Below are positions 19,107 to 29,015 of a DNA stretch of 64,000 bases, in pieces (the stretch's first letter is position 1; each line of letters starts with the position of its first letter). The notes beneath the pieces were generated by a model. That model ran no database searches and was not told where the DNA came from. It was given only the letters and a program-made list of their open reading frames with translations. The stretch spans positions 1-64,000 of the forward strand of contig PRDH01000078.1 of NCBI GenBank assembly GCA_003345545.1, written 5' to 3'. Both the position numbers and the translations under genes were made by a program. Origin of the DNA: Candidatus Thorarchaeota archaeon (GTDB taxonomy: Archaea > Asgardarchaeota > Thorarchaeia > Thorarchaeales > Thorarchaeaceae).

Positions 19107-19107
19107 A

Positions 19108-19656
19108 TCATGTCATCTTCGCTGCTAGTTCCTTCGATAATGTGTGCAAATCCCCGAGTGTGCCCTCATTTATCAACATGACATCACTGAGTGCAATTAC
19201 ACCCCCGAGACCTACTGAAATTTCCCTCATATCACGTTCTCTGAAAATCTCCCATGTTGAAGGGGCATCTGTACGATTCCGGTCACGTAGGCGGGCGTAT
19301 CGTACCTTCGGAGATGAGTGAACACAGACTGTAATCACCTCATCTGCATAATCGTCGAAAACATCGATCTCGGCGACACTTCTGCAACCTTCGATAACAA
19401 TAGTATCTGATTCGAGTGCATGAAGACGACCTAGGCAATGCTGAGCTACCGCACCTGGGCCATCAATCTTCCGTAGCTCGAGCATGACCTTTCGGGTGTT
19501 CGCCGGATTGGCATCCAGTCCCCTCTTTCGAGTTTCCTCCCGCACAACGTCGCCCATGACTATGACAGGAACACCAATGTCATGAAATGCCTGAGCTACT
19601 TCACTCTTACCTGCGCCGGGCATGCCTGTGACGATTATTATTCTCAAAGCATTCAT
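19108..19656 (-). CDS. UPF0200 / dephospho-CoA-kinase-like P-loop kinase
   Basis: VTGMPGAGKS, MGDVVREE, IEGCRS, RDMRE..VGLG; conserved pairing with DUF54. Confidence 0.85.
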   Translation of the reverse strand: MNALRIIIVTGMPGAGKSEVAQAFHDIGVPVIVMGDVVREETRKRGLDANPANTRKVMLELRKIDGPGAVAQHCLGRLHALESDTIVIEGCRSVAEIDVFDDYADEVITVCVHSSPKVRYARLRDRNRTDAPSTWEIFRERDMREISVGLGGVIALSDVMLINEGTLGDLHTLSKELAAKMT

Positions 19657-19677
19657 TCACCATTGTTCTTAGATTGA

Positions 19678-20826
19678 TCATATTGTATAGATGGGTCTGT
19701 CCTTAGACTGTAATTTGTCAAGTACCCCATGAATGATTTCAGAGGTTATGGTTGCGGACCCCTCAGTAATTGCAATATGAAGCGACTCTTTTAGTATACG
19801 GTCGCGAAGGTCCCTGCCAGATAGTCCCTCGGTCTTCCTCGCAATTTCATATAAGTCGGCCTCAAGATTAATTGGCAGACGTCCTGCGTACAGCTTAAGG
19901 ATGCTGTGGCGCTCCTCTAGCGTCGGGAGGGAGAATTCGAAGACAGTGTCGAACCTGTTCTTGATTGCAGAATCGATGAGAGGCAGTGCATTAGTTGCGC
20001 CGATTACCACAACTCCGGACTCTTCGGTAGTCGAATCCAGTTCCCCGAGCAGAGCAGTCACAACCTCTGAAACATCGCCTCGAATTGATTGGAATGAACG
20101 AGCCAGACCAATAGCATCAAGCTCGTCAATGAATATGATACTCGGGGAGCTCTTACGTGCATCTTCAAACAATGCACTTATTCTTCTTCCACCGTCTCCT
20201 ACATGGACGCCGATTAAGTCGGAGGCCTTTACCAAGAATATTCTTGCATCAGCCTCATTCGCTAGAGCCTGAGCGGTCATGGTCTTTCCTGTGCCAGGTA
20301 ATCCATGGAATAACACTGCGCGAGGCGCCCATTCGCCGAACTTTGATGGGTGACGGAGATATTCAAGAATTATCTTGCATTTCTGTTTCACTGGTTCATG
20401 GCCTATTACTTCCTCAAAGGTGACAGGACGAGCTTTGACATCCGACGTTGCACCAGATGGTGATAGAAGAAGAATCTCTGTCTTCTTCGAAACAACTGAT
20501 TCTTCAGGCTCCACTTCTAGGACTTGAAATGCGTAGTCTGGCATAATGTATCTATCAAAAAGGTAGGTACCCTGCTGTACATAAGTCCCCATCCATTGTT
20601 CTCTCGCATAGTCTGCGAATAGTTCCAGACTGTCTATCTCTAGACCCATAGGTTTTGGATCACCCTTCGCACGAAAGGGGTATCCTATATCTCGTAGTAC
20701 CAACTTACGTGCACTAGGAACTTCAACTCCCCGCTTTCGTATTGACTTCTGGGCACTCTCTTTGGAGGTAGAGGACACTTCAATGGTGGAGTCTTTTCGT
20801 TTCGTCAATTTGTCGATTGTCTCCAT
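19678..20826 (-). CDS. AAA+ ATPase, AMA/COG1223 family
   Basis: N-domain GYPF, YAREQW, GEWAPRAVLFHGLPGTGKT, FIDELDAIG, RGDVSEVVTALL. Confidence 0.9.
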   Translation of the reverse strand: METIDKLTKRKDSTIEVSSTSKESAQKSIRKRGVEVPSARKLVLRDIGYPFRAKGDPKPMGLEIDSLELFADYAREQWMGTYVQQGTYLFDRYIMPDYAFQVLEVEPEESVVSKKTEILLLSPSGATSDVKARPVTFEEVIGHEPVKQKCKIILEYLRHPSKFGEWAPRAVLFHGLPGTGKTMTAQALANEADARIFLVKASDLIGVHVGDGGRRISALFEDARKSSPSIIFIDELDAIGLARSFQSIRGDVSEVVTALLGELDSTTEESGVVVIGATNALPLIDSAIKNRFDTVFEFSLPTLEERHSILKLYAGRLPINLEADLYEIARKTEGLSGRDLRDRILKESLHIAITEGSATITSEIIHGVLDKLQSKDRPIYTI

Positions 20827-20901
20827 GAGTCCGTTCGATGGTTTTCCTTTAAGAGTTATCTTTAAGCCGTCCCAGCGCTATGGTAATATTGGCAGTACGG
20901 T

Positions 20902-21492
20902 ATGCCGAATCAAGACAAACTGGTGAACTCTATGAGCGCTGTTGTCAGAGCATTTCTCAGTATCGATATCGCAGATCAGGTGTTAGTATCTCGTATTAGT
21001 GAGATTCAGCAGCAGCTGAACCCAGAGGGTGCAAAGATGAAGATAGTCGAGAGCGATAACATACATTTCACTATTCGTTTCTTTGGAGACACACCAATGG
21101 AGAGAATCGAAGAGATGAGAAACTGCTTGGGACAAATCAAGATTGTCCCCTTTGAGATAAAGATACAGGGAGTCGGCGCCTTTCCCAATAAACGAAGGCC
21201 AAGAGTGGTCTGGATAGGCGTGACCGAGAACTCGCAGAAAGTTGTTGATTTGAAGTTGAAGGCCGACGAACTCCTCACAGAAATAGGGTATAAGATGGAG
21301 AGAGAGAAGTTCAAGCCTCATGCGACTATTGCACGGGTTCGAAATGTCAAGAGTCCTGACTTAATGGTTCGAAATCTTGAAGAATTGGCAGACAGATCAA
21401 TAGGTAGTATGATAGTGAAGTCGCTCAGTATGAAAAAGAGTACCTTGACCTCTTCAGGGCCAATCTATGAAACTCTATGGATGGTTGAGTAG
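20902..21492 (+). CDS. thpR: RNA 2',3'-cyclic phosphodiesterase (2H family, ThpR/LigT)
   Basis: RAFLSID, HFTIRF, GAFP..RPRVVWIG, FKPHATIARV, STLT..GPIY. Confidence 0.93.
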   Translation: MPNQDKLVNSMSAVVRAFLSIDIADQVLVSRISEIQQQLNPEGAKMKIVESDNIHFTIRFFGDTPMERIEEMRNCLGQIKIVPFEIKIQGVGAFPNKRRPRVVWIGVTENSQKVVDLKLKADELLTEIGYKMEREKFKPHATIARVRNVKSPDLMVRNLEELADRSIGSMIVKSLSMKKSTLTSSGPIYETLWMVE

Positions 21493-21510
21493 GCAGATTA
21501 CGGGAAAAAG

Positions 21511-21647
21511 TGGTGGGCCGGGGGAGACTTGTTCCGACAGGGACTTCCCAAGTCGTTTGAACTCCCGGTCTCTTGCATTCTGTGACTTGAGGCGCGAATT
21601 CCTCAGTCGCCCCAAGCAAGAATCATACCAAGCTAGACTACCGACCC
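21511..21647 (-). tRNA. tRNA-Pro(GGG) with two introns (37/38: 21578-21609; 58/59: 21529-21556), CCA encoded
   Basis: After removing the 32- and 28-nt inserts it folds into a 77-nt cloverleaf: GGGTCGG/CCGGCCC acceptor, CTTGC-TTGGGGT-GCAAG anticodon arm, GGGAG-TTCAAGT-CTCCC T arm. Confidence 0.93.
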
Positions 21648-21706
21648 GTGCTAGCGAAGTCGGTATCTGAATTCAAAATAAAGATTGCCTCAGAGCACAT
21701 ATATTC

Positions 21707-21718
21707 GAACACGTGTTC
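21707..21718. promoter_or_regulatory. Perfect palindrome GAACACGTGTTC in the divergent tRNA-Pro/HDAC intergenic region
   Basis: The same 12-mer recurs at 55999 and 56247, with one-mismatch copies at 55655 and 56283. Confidence 0.55.
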
Positions 21719-21801
21719 CTAATATCCGTTGAATACTTCATACTTATCAGGTAATGGTGAACACTCTGTGAAACTAGGCACAGTACAGGAGAAACATATC
21801 A

Positions 21802-22866
21802 TTGGTCACCGATCTTGTATTTCACGAGGCCTTCACCAAGCATGAGATGTCAATGGGACACCCTGAGAGTCCTGAAAGATTGAGAAGTGCAATGATGTAC
21901 ATCAAGAGGGCAGGTCATCTTAAGGACCCGAATTTGAATATCCTGACGCCAATGCCTGTGGACTTGGAGGAGGTCTATCGGATTCACGGAAAGGCATACA
22001 TAGATGGCATCCGCGAGAGTTCCTCAAGAGGCGGGGGTTTCTATACACCTGATACTGAAGTCAACGCACACACATATGAGGCAGCAGTGCTAGCGGCAGG
22101 AGGCGGCATTGATGCTGTGGACAGGATTATGGCTGGAAAGTCGAAGAATGCATTTGTATTATGTAGGCCACCTGGGCATCATGCCGAATATGAACGAGCA
22201 TTTGGTTTTTGCTTCATCAACAATATTGCAGTGGCTGCGAGTCATCTAGTGAAGGAATGTGGGCTCAATCGTGTCATGATAGTTGATTATGATGCACATC
22301 ATGGAAATGGTACTCAGAGTGCGTTCTACTCTTCGAATCGTGTGTTGTATGTCAGCCTGCATCAAGACGGAAGAACTCTGTTCCCAGGTTCAGGTTTCCC
22401 TGACGAGATGGGAAAAGGGGCAGGTCTTGGCTACACAGTGAATCTACCCATGTATCCAGGAGCTGGAAACATATCCTATGATTTGGCTTTCACAAATGTA
22501 ATCGAACCCCTTGCAGAAGTGTTCAGGCCAGAGTTTGTCCTCGTATCAGTTGGCTTTGATTGTCACTATCAGGACTCCCTGACCTCACTGGGTTTGACAA
22601 CATCAGGCATTGCAAAGATGAATGCGTGTCTAAAAGGGATTGCAGAAACCCATGCTTCTGGTAGACTGGCCTATTTCCTTGAGGGCGGCTACAATCTTGA
22701 TGCAATGGGCATGGGATCATTAAATGTAATTGAGGAATTGATGGGTGTCCCTGTCACAGAATTCAGTGATACATATACAGAGAATGATGCATGCACACGC
22801 TACACGAAAACGCTGATTGATAAGACTCTCAAGACTGCACCATTACTGAGTGAAGTCATCAAGTAG
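21802..22866 (+). CDS. Histone deacetylase-family (Zn-dependent) deacetylase
   Basis: HPESPERL, RPPGHHA, GFCFINN, DYDAHHGNGTQ, LFPGSG, LEGGY. Confidence 0.95.
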   Translation: MVTDLVFHEAFTKHEMSMGHPESPERLRSAMMYIKRAGHLKDPNLNILTPMPVDLEEVYRIHGKAYIDGIRESSSRGGGFYTPDTEVNAHTYEAAVLAAGGGIDAVDRIMAGKSKNAFVLCRPPGHHAEYERAFGFCFINNIAVAASHLVKECGLNRVMIVDYDAHHGNGTQSAFYSSNRVLYVSLHQDGRTLFPGSGFPDEMGKGAGLGYTVNLPMYPGAGNISYDLAFTNVIEPLAEVFRPEFVLVSVGFDCHYQDSLTSLGLTTSGIAKMNACLKGIAETHASGRLAYFLEGGYNLDAMGMGSLNVIEELMGVPVTEFSDTYTENDACTRYTKTLIDKTLKTAPLLSEVIK

Positions 22867-25095
22867 TGTCTGCATTGATCCCAAATCCTCATCATCTTCC
22901 GATTCATCTACGGGAGATTGAGATGGTTTCACATCCACGCCAAGCTGTTTCTTGACCGATTCCGCTATCGCTCTGCCAATAGTTGGGATTCTTGCCAGCT
23001 CATCGATAGGTACATGGTATAAATCAGAGAAACTTCTCAGGCCGTGATTATGAAGCATTCTTCCGCGAATTCGTCCAATGCCTCTGAGGTTGACGAGCTC
23101 CAAGATGTCGGAACGTACACCGTACTTGAGACGAGAACGAAGACTATGCAATGATGGAATGTGACTTGACCTGTTTGTGATTCTGGCAATCTCTGCTGCT
23201 GCATGAATCAGCCATTCTGCAGACTGCACGTATCTGTGAACATCACCCATGCCTACTCCGAATTTCTCTGTGATGTCTTTCTCTGTGGATTCTGAAATCC
23301 ATTCTTCTAGCAAACGAGCTGTCTTGACCTCCCCTAGGAAGCCTGTATAGTTTTCATCTTCAATATCAGGAGGTTCAACTAGAAACTCCTTTGAATGGTC
23401 ATCAACAAAGACTTCGTATTCTTCAAGCTCTGACCTTATGACATATGCCACGGATTGGTCTGGGGAGTGGCATATCATATGTAGTATGCCTAGTTGAGTG
23501 TGTTCATCGACCTGTGCTAATATATCTCGAAACATGATAGCAGTCTGAGGGTCAATATAGAGCTGTGATGCCCTTTTTCCAAGCAGAGTAGCTGAATACT
23601 GACCTGTAGGCGAAGTTTCAATCAGTTTGCCATCTTCTAGAAAGGCTATGGCCGAGGCAACATGGTGTGCAATCTTCCTTTGGTCGTTCTGATATGCATA
23701 GAACGTATTTGAGATGAGCCCATCAATCTCTTCGTTCGTACAAGTCAATTCTGCAGCTATTGAAGCAAGAAGATGCGATCTAATCGCGGTGGGTGAAGCA
23801 AGTCTGGAGTAGATTTCTTCGGGTTCTGATAGTGTATAATGCTCAATTAGTGCTTCCTTCTCTGATTCTGTTCTTGCGATGAGAACAGCTTCACCATACT
23901 TGTCATATTTGGGTCTTCCAGCGCGTCCTGCCATCTGTTTGTATTCTAGGACTGGTATTGGATAGTTACCAAGACTTTCTTCAAATCGTCTGTAGTCTCG
24001 AATGATTACACGTCTAGCAGGGAGATTCACACCAGCTGCAAGCGTGGGCGTAGCAACTACAACCTTCAGCAAATTGCCTTTGAATAAGTCCTCCACAAGT
24101 GCACGCTCTTGATTGTCGAGCCCAGCATGGTGGAATGCTATCCCTTCAGCGACTAGCTTTGCAAGAGTTTTTGACTCCTCGGGGGATGTGGGGGCGCTCC
24201 CAATCTTCTTGGCGATACGCAGCAAATCCTTCATCGAATCACTGGACAGATATTTCCTGATTGAGGGGCCAATTCGTTTCGCCACAGTGACTGTGGATTT
24301 CCGACTTGATACGAAGAGGAGTACCTGCCCGTTTTCATCCAATGTATCGCATACCATATCGACAATTTCATCCTTGTACTTACGTGGAACCTGCCTTGTC
24401 GATCTCTTTTCGTACCTGTCACCCTCGAAGAAATCAATCTCGCTATCAAGATAGACTCCCTCGCTAAGCGGTACTGGTCTCCATGTACTCTTGACAAGTT
24501 CTGCACTTAGCCAATTGGCAATCTCATCAGCATTGGAAATTGTAGCACTAAGCGCAATGATTTGGGCTTGTACCATTTGAGTCAGTTTGGCAAGGACCAT
24601 CTCAAGAGTTGGACCTCGTGATGAGTCATTCACAAGATGTATCTCATCAACCACCACAATTCCAATCTCGTCAATCCAATCAGCCTTGTGTCGAACTATA
24701 GAATCAGCTCGCTCTGTTGTCAGTATAATAATATCCGCCTCGCGTAGTCTTGTGCCGGGAGAATCGTAGTCCCCAACCGACATTGCAACAGAGATACCTA
24801 GTTTTTCATACTTCTTGAAGTCATCATACTTCTCCCGCGCGAGGGATTTCAAGGGAACAAGATAGAGGGCCTTGCCGCGACCGTCGAGAATTGCTTTCAA
24901 CATGCACACTTCTGCAACAAGCGTCTTTCCAGAACTGGTGGGGATAGCTAGAACGAGGTTCTTGCCCTTCAAGACTCCTGTTTCAAAGGCACTTGCCTGA
25001 GGAGGAAAGAGATCGACTACACCGAGACTCTGTAGATGACTTATCACCTTCTTGTTGATGTCGAGCTCCTCTAGTCGCACCGTGTCATTCCCCAC
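22843..25095 (-). CDS. hel308: Hel308/Hjm Ski2-like DNA helicase
   Basis: PTSSGKTLVAE, VVDEIH, LSATISN, HHAGL, ATPTLAAGVNLPA, QMAGRAGRP and C-terminal HhH (GIGRIRGR). Confidence 0.95.
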   Translation of the reverse strand: MGNDTVRLEELDINKKVISHLQSLGVVDLFPPQASAFETGVLKGKNLVLAIPTSSGKTLVAEVCMLKAILDGRGKALYLVPLKSLAREKYDDFKKYEKLGISVAMSVGDYDSPGTRLREADIIILTTERADSIVRHKADWIDEIGIVVVDEIHLVNDSSRGPTLEMVLAKLTQMVQAQIIALSATISNADEIANWLSAELVKSTWRPVPLSEGVYLDSEIDFFEGDRYEKRSTRQVPRKYKDEIVDMVCDTLDENGQVLLFVSSRKSTVTVAKRIGPSIRKYLSSDSMKDLLRIAKKIGSAPTSPEESKTLAKLVAEGIAFHHAGLDNQERALVEDLFKGNLLKVVVATPTLAAGVNLPARRVIIRDYRRFEESLGNYPIPVLEYKQMAGRAGRPKYDKYGEAVLIARTESEKEALIEHYTLSEPEEIYSRLASPTAIRSHLLASIAAELTCTNEEIDGLISNTFYAYQNDQRKIAHHVASAIAFLEDGKLIETSPTGQYSATLLGKRASQLYIDPQTAIMFRDILAQVDEHTQLGILHMICHSPDQSVAYVIRSELEEYEVFVDDHSKEFLVEPPDIEDENYTGFLGEVKTARLLEEWISESTEKDITEKFGVGMGDVHRYVQSAEWLIHAAAEIARITNRSSHIPSLHSLRSRLKYGVRSDILELVNLRGIGRIRGRMLHNHGLRSFSDLYHVPIDELARIPTIGRAIAESVKKQLGVDVKPSQSPVDESEDDEDLGSMQTLLDDFTQ

Positions 25096-25124
25096 ATTTG
25101 ATGATGCTGAGCATGTCGAATCTT

Positions 25125-27197
25125 CTAGCTCTGGGAGTGTCTGATTTTTCCTTCCTTAGGGCTATAGAGTATGCCCTCAGCCAGAAGCTTCTCAATGACT
25201 TCCTCGGCCTGTTCCTTCGCTAGACCCATAGATACAGCCCTTTGTATCAGTGCATCCTTATTCACAGTTGACGCGCCATCAGACTCCATGTCTCGGATGG
25301 CCTTGATGATTATATCGGATGAACTTCTTTGAGATGCACTCATCTTTGAAACGAGACGATCGATGTCGATTCTGCCAGTGACTCTGTCCAGTGCAACCAT
25401 TCGAAGTGAGTCCTCCATCAATCGAATAGATGCCTGAGCGTCTTCTTTGGTGACTTTGGATCGCAAAGCCATTTTAGCTCGTGCCTCTGATAGGCGAACA
25501 AGGGATTCTAGTTGCCTTGCTGTGATTGGGACTGCAGCACCACCCTCTGCGCTCTTCCGCAGGTCGACATAGAAGTTCTCGATTACCTCTGCTGCTTCAG
25601 CAGAGAGTTGGGGAATCACATTGATATTTGCGTAACCGATGTATTTCTTGAGAAAAGCCGGCGGAACAGGAGGAGTTGCTGATTCACCCTTGGGTTTCTT
25701 CGCTTGATGCATATTAAGAATGAACTGGGCAATTTCGCGGTCCTTTTTGGCATCAATCGTGTCAACCATAATCCAAACCAAGTCAAATCGAGATAGTATC
25801 GTAAATGGTAACTTGATGTTGTCTTGAACAGATAACGATGACTCATAGCGACCTAATGCGGGATTTGCTGCGGCAAGAACTGATGTTCTTGCATTAAGTG
25901 TAGCAACAATGCCAGCCTTAGCTATACTGACTGTATGCTGCTCCATGGCCTCGTGAATTGCCGTCCTGTCATCAGGGTCCATTTTATCGAACTCATCAAT
26001 GCATGCAGTTCCTTGATCGGACAAGACTAGTGCTCCTGCCTCAAGTGTCATGGCACCAGATTCGGGATCGTGCATCACTGCGGCAGTAAGACCTGCAGCT
26101 GTTGTTCCCTTACCTGAGGTATAGAGACCTCGTGCTGCCAATCCTGCAACAAACTTGAGTATCTGGCTCTTTCCTGTACCCGGATCACCTATCATGAGTA
26201 TATTTGACTTACCTCTTATTCGAGTGCCATCAGGCAGTTTCTTTCCTACACCGCCAAAGAGCAATAATGCAATAGACTCCTTGATGGTATCATATCCTTG
26301 GATTGATGGCGCAATTGACGCAACAATCCTCTGATGGACGTAGGGATCTTCTGCTAACTCTCGAATTTTCTTCTCATCCTCTTCGGATATCTCGAGCTGT
26401 TCGTATTCCTTCTCGGACACCTCGACACCATTGGCTTCGATGAATATATTGAAGGTGGCTAGCTTCCCGCCTCTTCGGGAAAAGTCAGGTGTTGTCTGAA
26501 GTACTCCAGTGACCTTCACGAGGTCGCCTGGTCGAGATACATCTACAGTATCGCCCTCCAGAACTATGTCGATGGAGCGAGGCATCTGGCCAGGTGGCAG
26601 CTCATCTGGAGACTCTTGGACACGCACCTTTTGCCAGTCTCTGAATTGCGACTCTTGTGGGAGGAGTTTCATTGGAGTCTTCTTGTCACAGAGTGGGCAC
26701 CTTGCAGGTTCTGTGTACCTGCCCTCTTCTTGAGTCTGGGGAATCTTCTCATCACATATTCGACATTGAAACATAGCCTGTACTAATAATGGCTTTACTT
26801 CACTTGCCCGCATCATGATACCACTCACATGTACAAGCTTTCCAATATGCTTGGACCGAATAGCACGCAGAGGCACATGTTCGGAGTAGTTTGTAATCCT
26901 AGCCTTGATTGTGGTGATGTCCAAGCTGTTGACATAGTCTGGATCCTCTACTCTTAGAACAGAAACAAGTGCTGCATTAATCGTGTCAATGAACCGCTGG
27001 GGATTCTCAGCGGCCAGAGTCACAAAGACATTGTCGAAGCTAATCAGGTCTTGATAGTCAATTGAGAGAGAAACCTCAGCATTGATTGACATTTGTTGGA
27101 GTCGTGCCCAGTATGGGAGAGCACCTTGACTATCCTTGTAGGTTCTGAGAAACTCTTCAAACCGTTCCTGAGATTCGTCATAGCTTGACATTATCAT
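25125..27197 (-). CDS. mcm: Replicative helicase MCM
   Basis: C4 zinc finger, GDPGTGKSQ, IDEFDKM, IHEAMEQ, SRFD, TARQLE and C-terminal wHTH; no intein. Confidence 0.98.
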   Translation of the reverse strand: MIMSSYDESQERFEEFLRTYKDSQGALPYWARLQQMSINAEVSLSIDYQDLISFDNVFVTLAAENPQRFIDTINAALVSVLRVEDPDYVNSLDITTIKARITNYSEHVPLRAIRSKHIGKLVHVSGIMMRASEVKPLLVQAMFQCRICDEKIPQTQEEGRYTEPARCPLCDKKTPMKLLPQESQFRDWQKVRVQESPDELPPGQMPRSIDIVLEGDTVDVSRPGDLVKVTGVLQTTPDFSRRGGKLATFNIFIEANGVEVSEKEYEQLEISEEDEKKIRELAEDPYVHQRIVASIAPSIQGYDTIKESIALLLFGGVGKKLPDGTRIRGKSNILMIGDPGTGKSQILKFVAGLAARGLYTSGKGTTAAGLTAAVMHDPESGAMTLEAGALVLSDQGTACIDEFDKMDPDDRTAIHEAMEQHTVSIAKAGIVATLNARTSVLAAANPALGRYESSLSVQDNIKLPFTILSRFDLVWIMVDTIDAKKDREIAQFILNMHQAKKPKGESATPPVPPAFLKKYIGYANINVIPQLSAEAAEVIENFYVDLRKSAEGGAAVPITARQLESLVRLSEARAKMALRSKVTKEDAQASIRLMEDSLRMVALDRVTGRIDIDRLVSKMSASQRSSSDIIIKAIRDMESDGASTVNKDALIQRAVSMGLAKEQAEEVIEKLLAEGILYSPKEGKIRHSQS

Positions 27198-27289
27198 CGA
27201 CCTCGATATACAGTGAGGAATACCCTTGTATCTGTGTTCAGACTCCTAGTTCTTCAGGATTTGTATTTAACCGCACTAATACTCAATGC

Positions 27290-27847
27290 CTATTCCATGA
27301 TGTTTTGGCGCCATCCCGATATCAGCCCAGCTAGCTCCTCGCATAACCATCGTTCCTCGTGAGCCATCTGTTGGCGCTTTTCTTGATAAGCACCAGATTT
27401 GGCAACCCGTAGTATCTTCGATAGTCTGGTTTCAACGAGAAAGGGAGTCATCTTGCGGAGCTTCTCAACCTCTTCGTACTTGCGAGGATCCATGGATGTC
27501 TTGTCGCTATCTAGACGCAGTGTTTTCCTAGCTATTGCTGTATAGAGGAACGGCTGGACTGTCTGAAACTTAAGAGGTTGCTTTTCTTCTTCACGATAGA
27601 GATTCTGGAGCCTTCGCAGAGACTCATAGGCATCTTCCGGAGAGATGTCAACATACTCATTCCTGAGAAGTTTCTCAATGACCCAATTGGGCATTTCTGC
27701 ACGATCGCCTTTTTGGAATGGACCAAACTTTTGCCCAGTTACTGTGAATTCAGGCGTTGGTTTTAGAAAGATGCATTCCCGATTCTCATTAAGGAATAAC
27801 ATCTCAAACCTCTTCATTGCCTCTTTGGAATCAACACATATTCTCAT
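27290..27847 (-). CDS. gins23: GINS subunit Gins23 (Psf2/Psf3-like)
   Basis: N-terminal B domain GPFQKGDRAEMPNWVIEKL, helical A domain RLSKIL..EERWL; directly upstream of mcm; start uncertain (ATG 27847 or a nearby downstream codon). Confidence 0.85.
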   Translation of the reverse strand: MRICVDSKEAMKRFEMLFLNENRECIFLKPTPEFTVTGQKFGPFQKGDRAEMPNWVIEKLLRNEYVDISPEDAYESLRRLQNLYREEEKQPLKFQTVQPFLYTAIARKTLRLDSDKTSMDPRKYEEVEKLRKMTPFLVETRLSKILRVAKSGAYQEKRQQMAHEERWLCEELAGLISGWRQNIME

Positions 27848-28028
27848 GGTGGTCCACCCAGTTGTCAAACCTGAATGAAATAAAGACCTTGCTCTACTAT
27901 TTTGAGCTATAGCGATTAAACAATTTAAGGTGATAATAATAGTGATAGAACAACGGAAGTCAAGAGAACCTTTTAAGAGACCAAGAATGAACACATGAAA
28001 CATCAACCATTACTGACTACAACTGTTC

Positions 28029-29015
28029 ATGAAACGGTGGGAACCCTCAATGGATTTGGACCTGTGGACTGAGAAATATCGGCCTCCTACTCTAAGTGGG
28101 ATTATTGGCCAGGAGCATATCATCAAGAGCCTTATGATGTTTGTAGAGAGTAAGGCGGTACCACATTGTCTCTTTACCGGCCCACCAGGTACTAGCAAGA
28201 CTACAGCTGCTATTGCAATGGCAAAGGACTTGTTTGGAGATAGCTACGAACGTAACTTCATGGAGCTCAATGCTAGTGATGAGAGAGGCATTGATGTGGT
28301 CAGGAATCAAATCAAGAATTTCGCTAGAATAATGCCATCAGGAGACGCACGTTTCAAGATACTTGTTCTAGATGAAGCAGATCATCTGACTGCTGATGCT
28401 CAGCATGCTCTTCGAAGAACTATGGAGTCATACTCTCAGTCTTGTAGAATGATCCTGATTTGCAATTACTCAAGTAGAATAATCCCACCAATACAATCAC
28501 GATGTGCAATATTCAGATTCTCACGGCTAGAGGACGATAATATAGCTGCACGGTTGAAGCATATTGCAGCCAAGGAAAAGATCAAACTTCTTTCCAGTGG
28601 AATTGAAGCAATTCTCTATCTTACCGAGGGCGACATGAGAGCAGCAATTAACCTTCTACAGGCGGCTTCATCAACAGGTCAACAAATCACGGATAAGATT
28701 GTGTATGCAATATCTGGAAGAGCAAGCCCTGAAACTGTGAAATCTATGATTAAGAACGCACGTGATGGTAGATATGTTGATGCATTGCAGGAGCTTAAAA
28801 CGCTGATTTACCATGAGGGCGTGTCTCCTTTTGATCTGGTAAAGCAAATGCACAAAGAGATTCAAACACTTGCTCTACCGGCCGATTTGCAAATGGATGT
28901 ACTAGAACAGATTGCAGAGATTGATTTTAGAATCGGAGAGGGTTCTAATGGAGAGATTCAACTCACCGCTCTGCTAGCACACATAGGGTCAGGCAGTGAT
29001 ACCAGTGAACAATGA
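28029..29015 (+). CDS. rfcS: Replication factor C small subunit
   Basis: WTEKYRP, ELNASDERGIDVVR, LDEAD, ALRRTME, IQSRC, GDMRAAIN. Confidence 0.97.
   Translation: MKRWEPSMDLDLWTEKYRPPTLSGIIGQEHIIKSLMMFVESKAVPHCLFTGPPGTSKTTAAIAMAKDLFGDSYERNFMELNASDERGIDVVRNQIKNFARIMPSGDARFKILVLDEADHLTADAQHALRRTMESYSQSCRMILICNYSSRIIPPIQSRCAIFRFSRLEDDNIAARLKHIAAKEKIKLLSSGIEAILYLTEGDMRAAINLLQAASSTGQQITDKIVYAISGRASPETVKSMIKNARDGRYVDALQELKTLIYHEGVSPFDLVKQMHKEIQTLALPADLQMDVLEQIAEIDFRIGEGSNGEIQLTALLAHIGSGSDTSEQ

Noticed and set aside
27848-28006. Hydrophobic N-terminal extension of GINS23
   Set aside because: It runs through the AT-rich divergent gins23/rfcS promoter region and is likely untranslated
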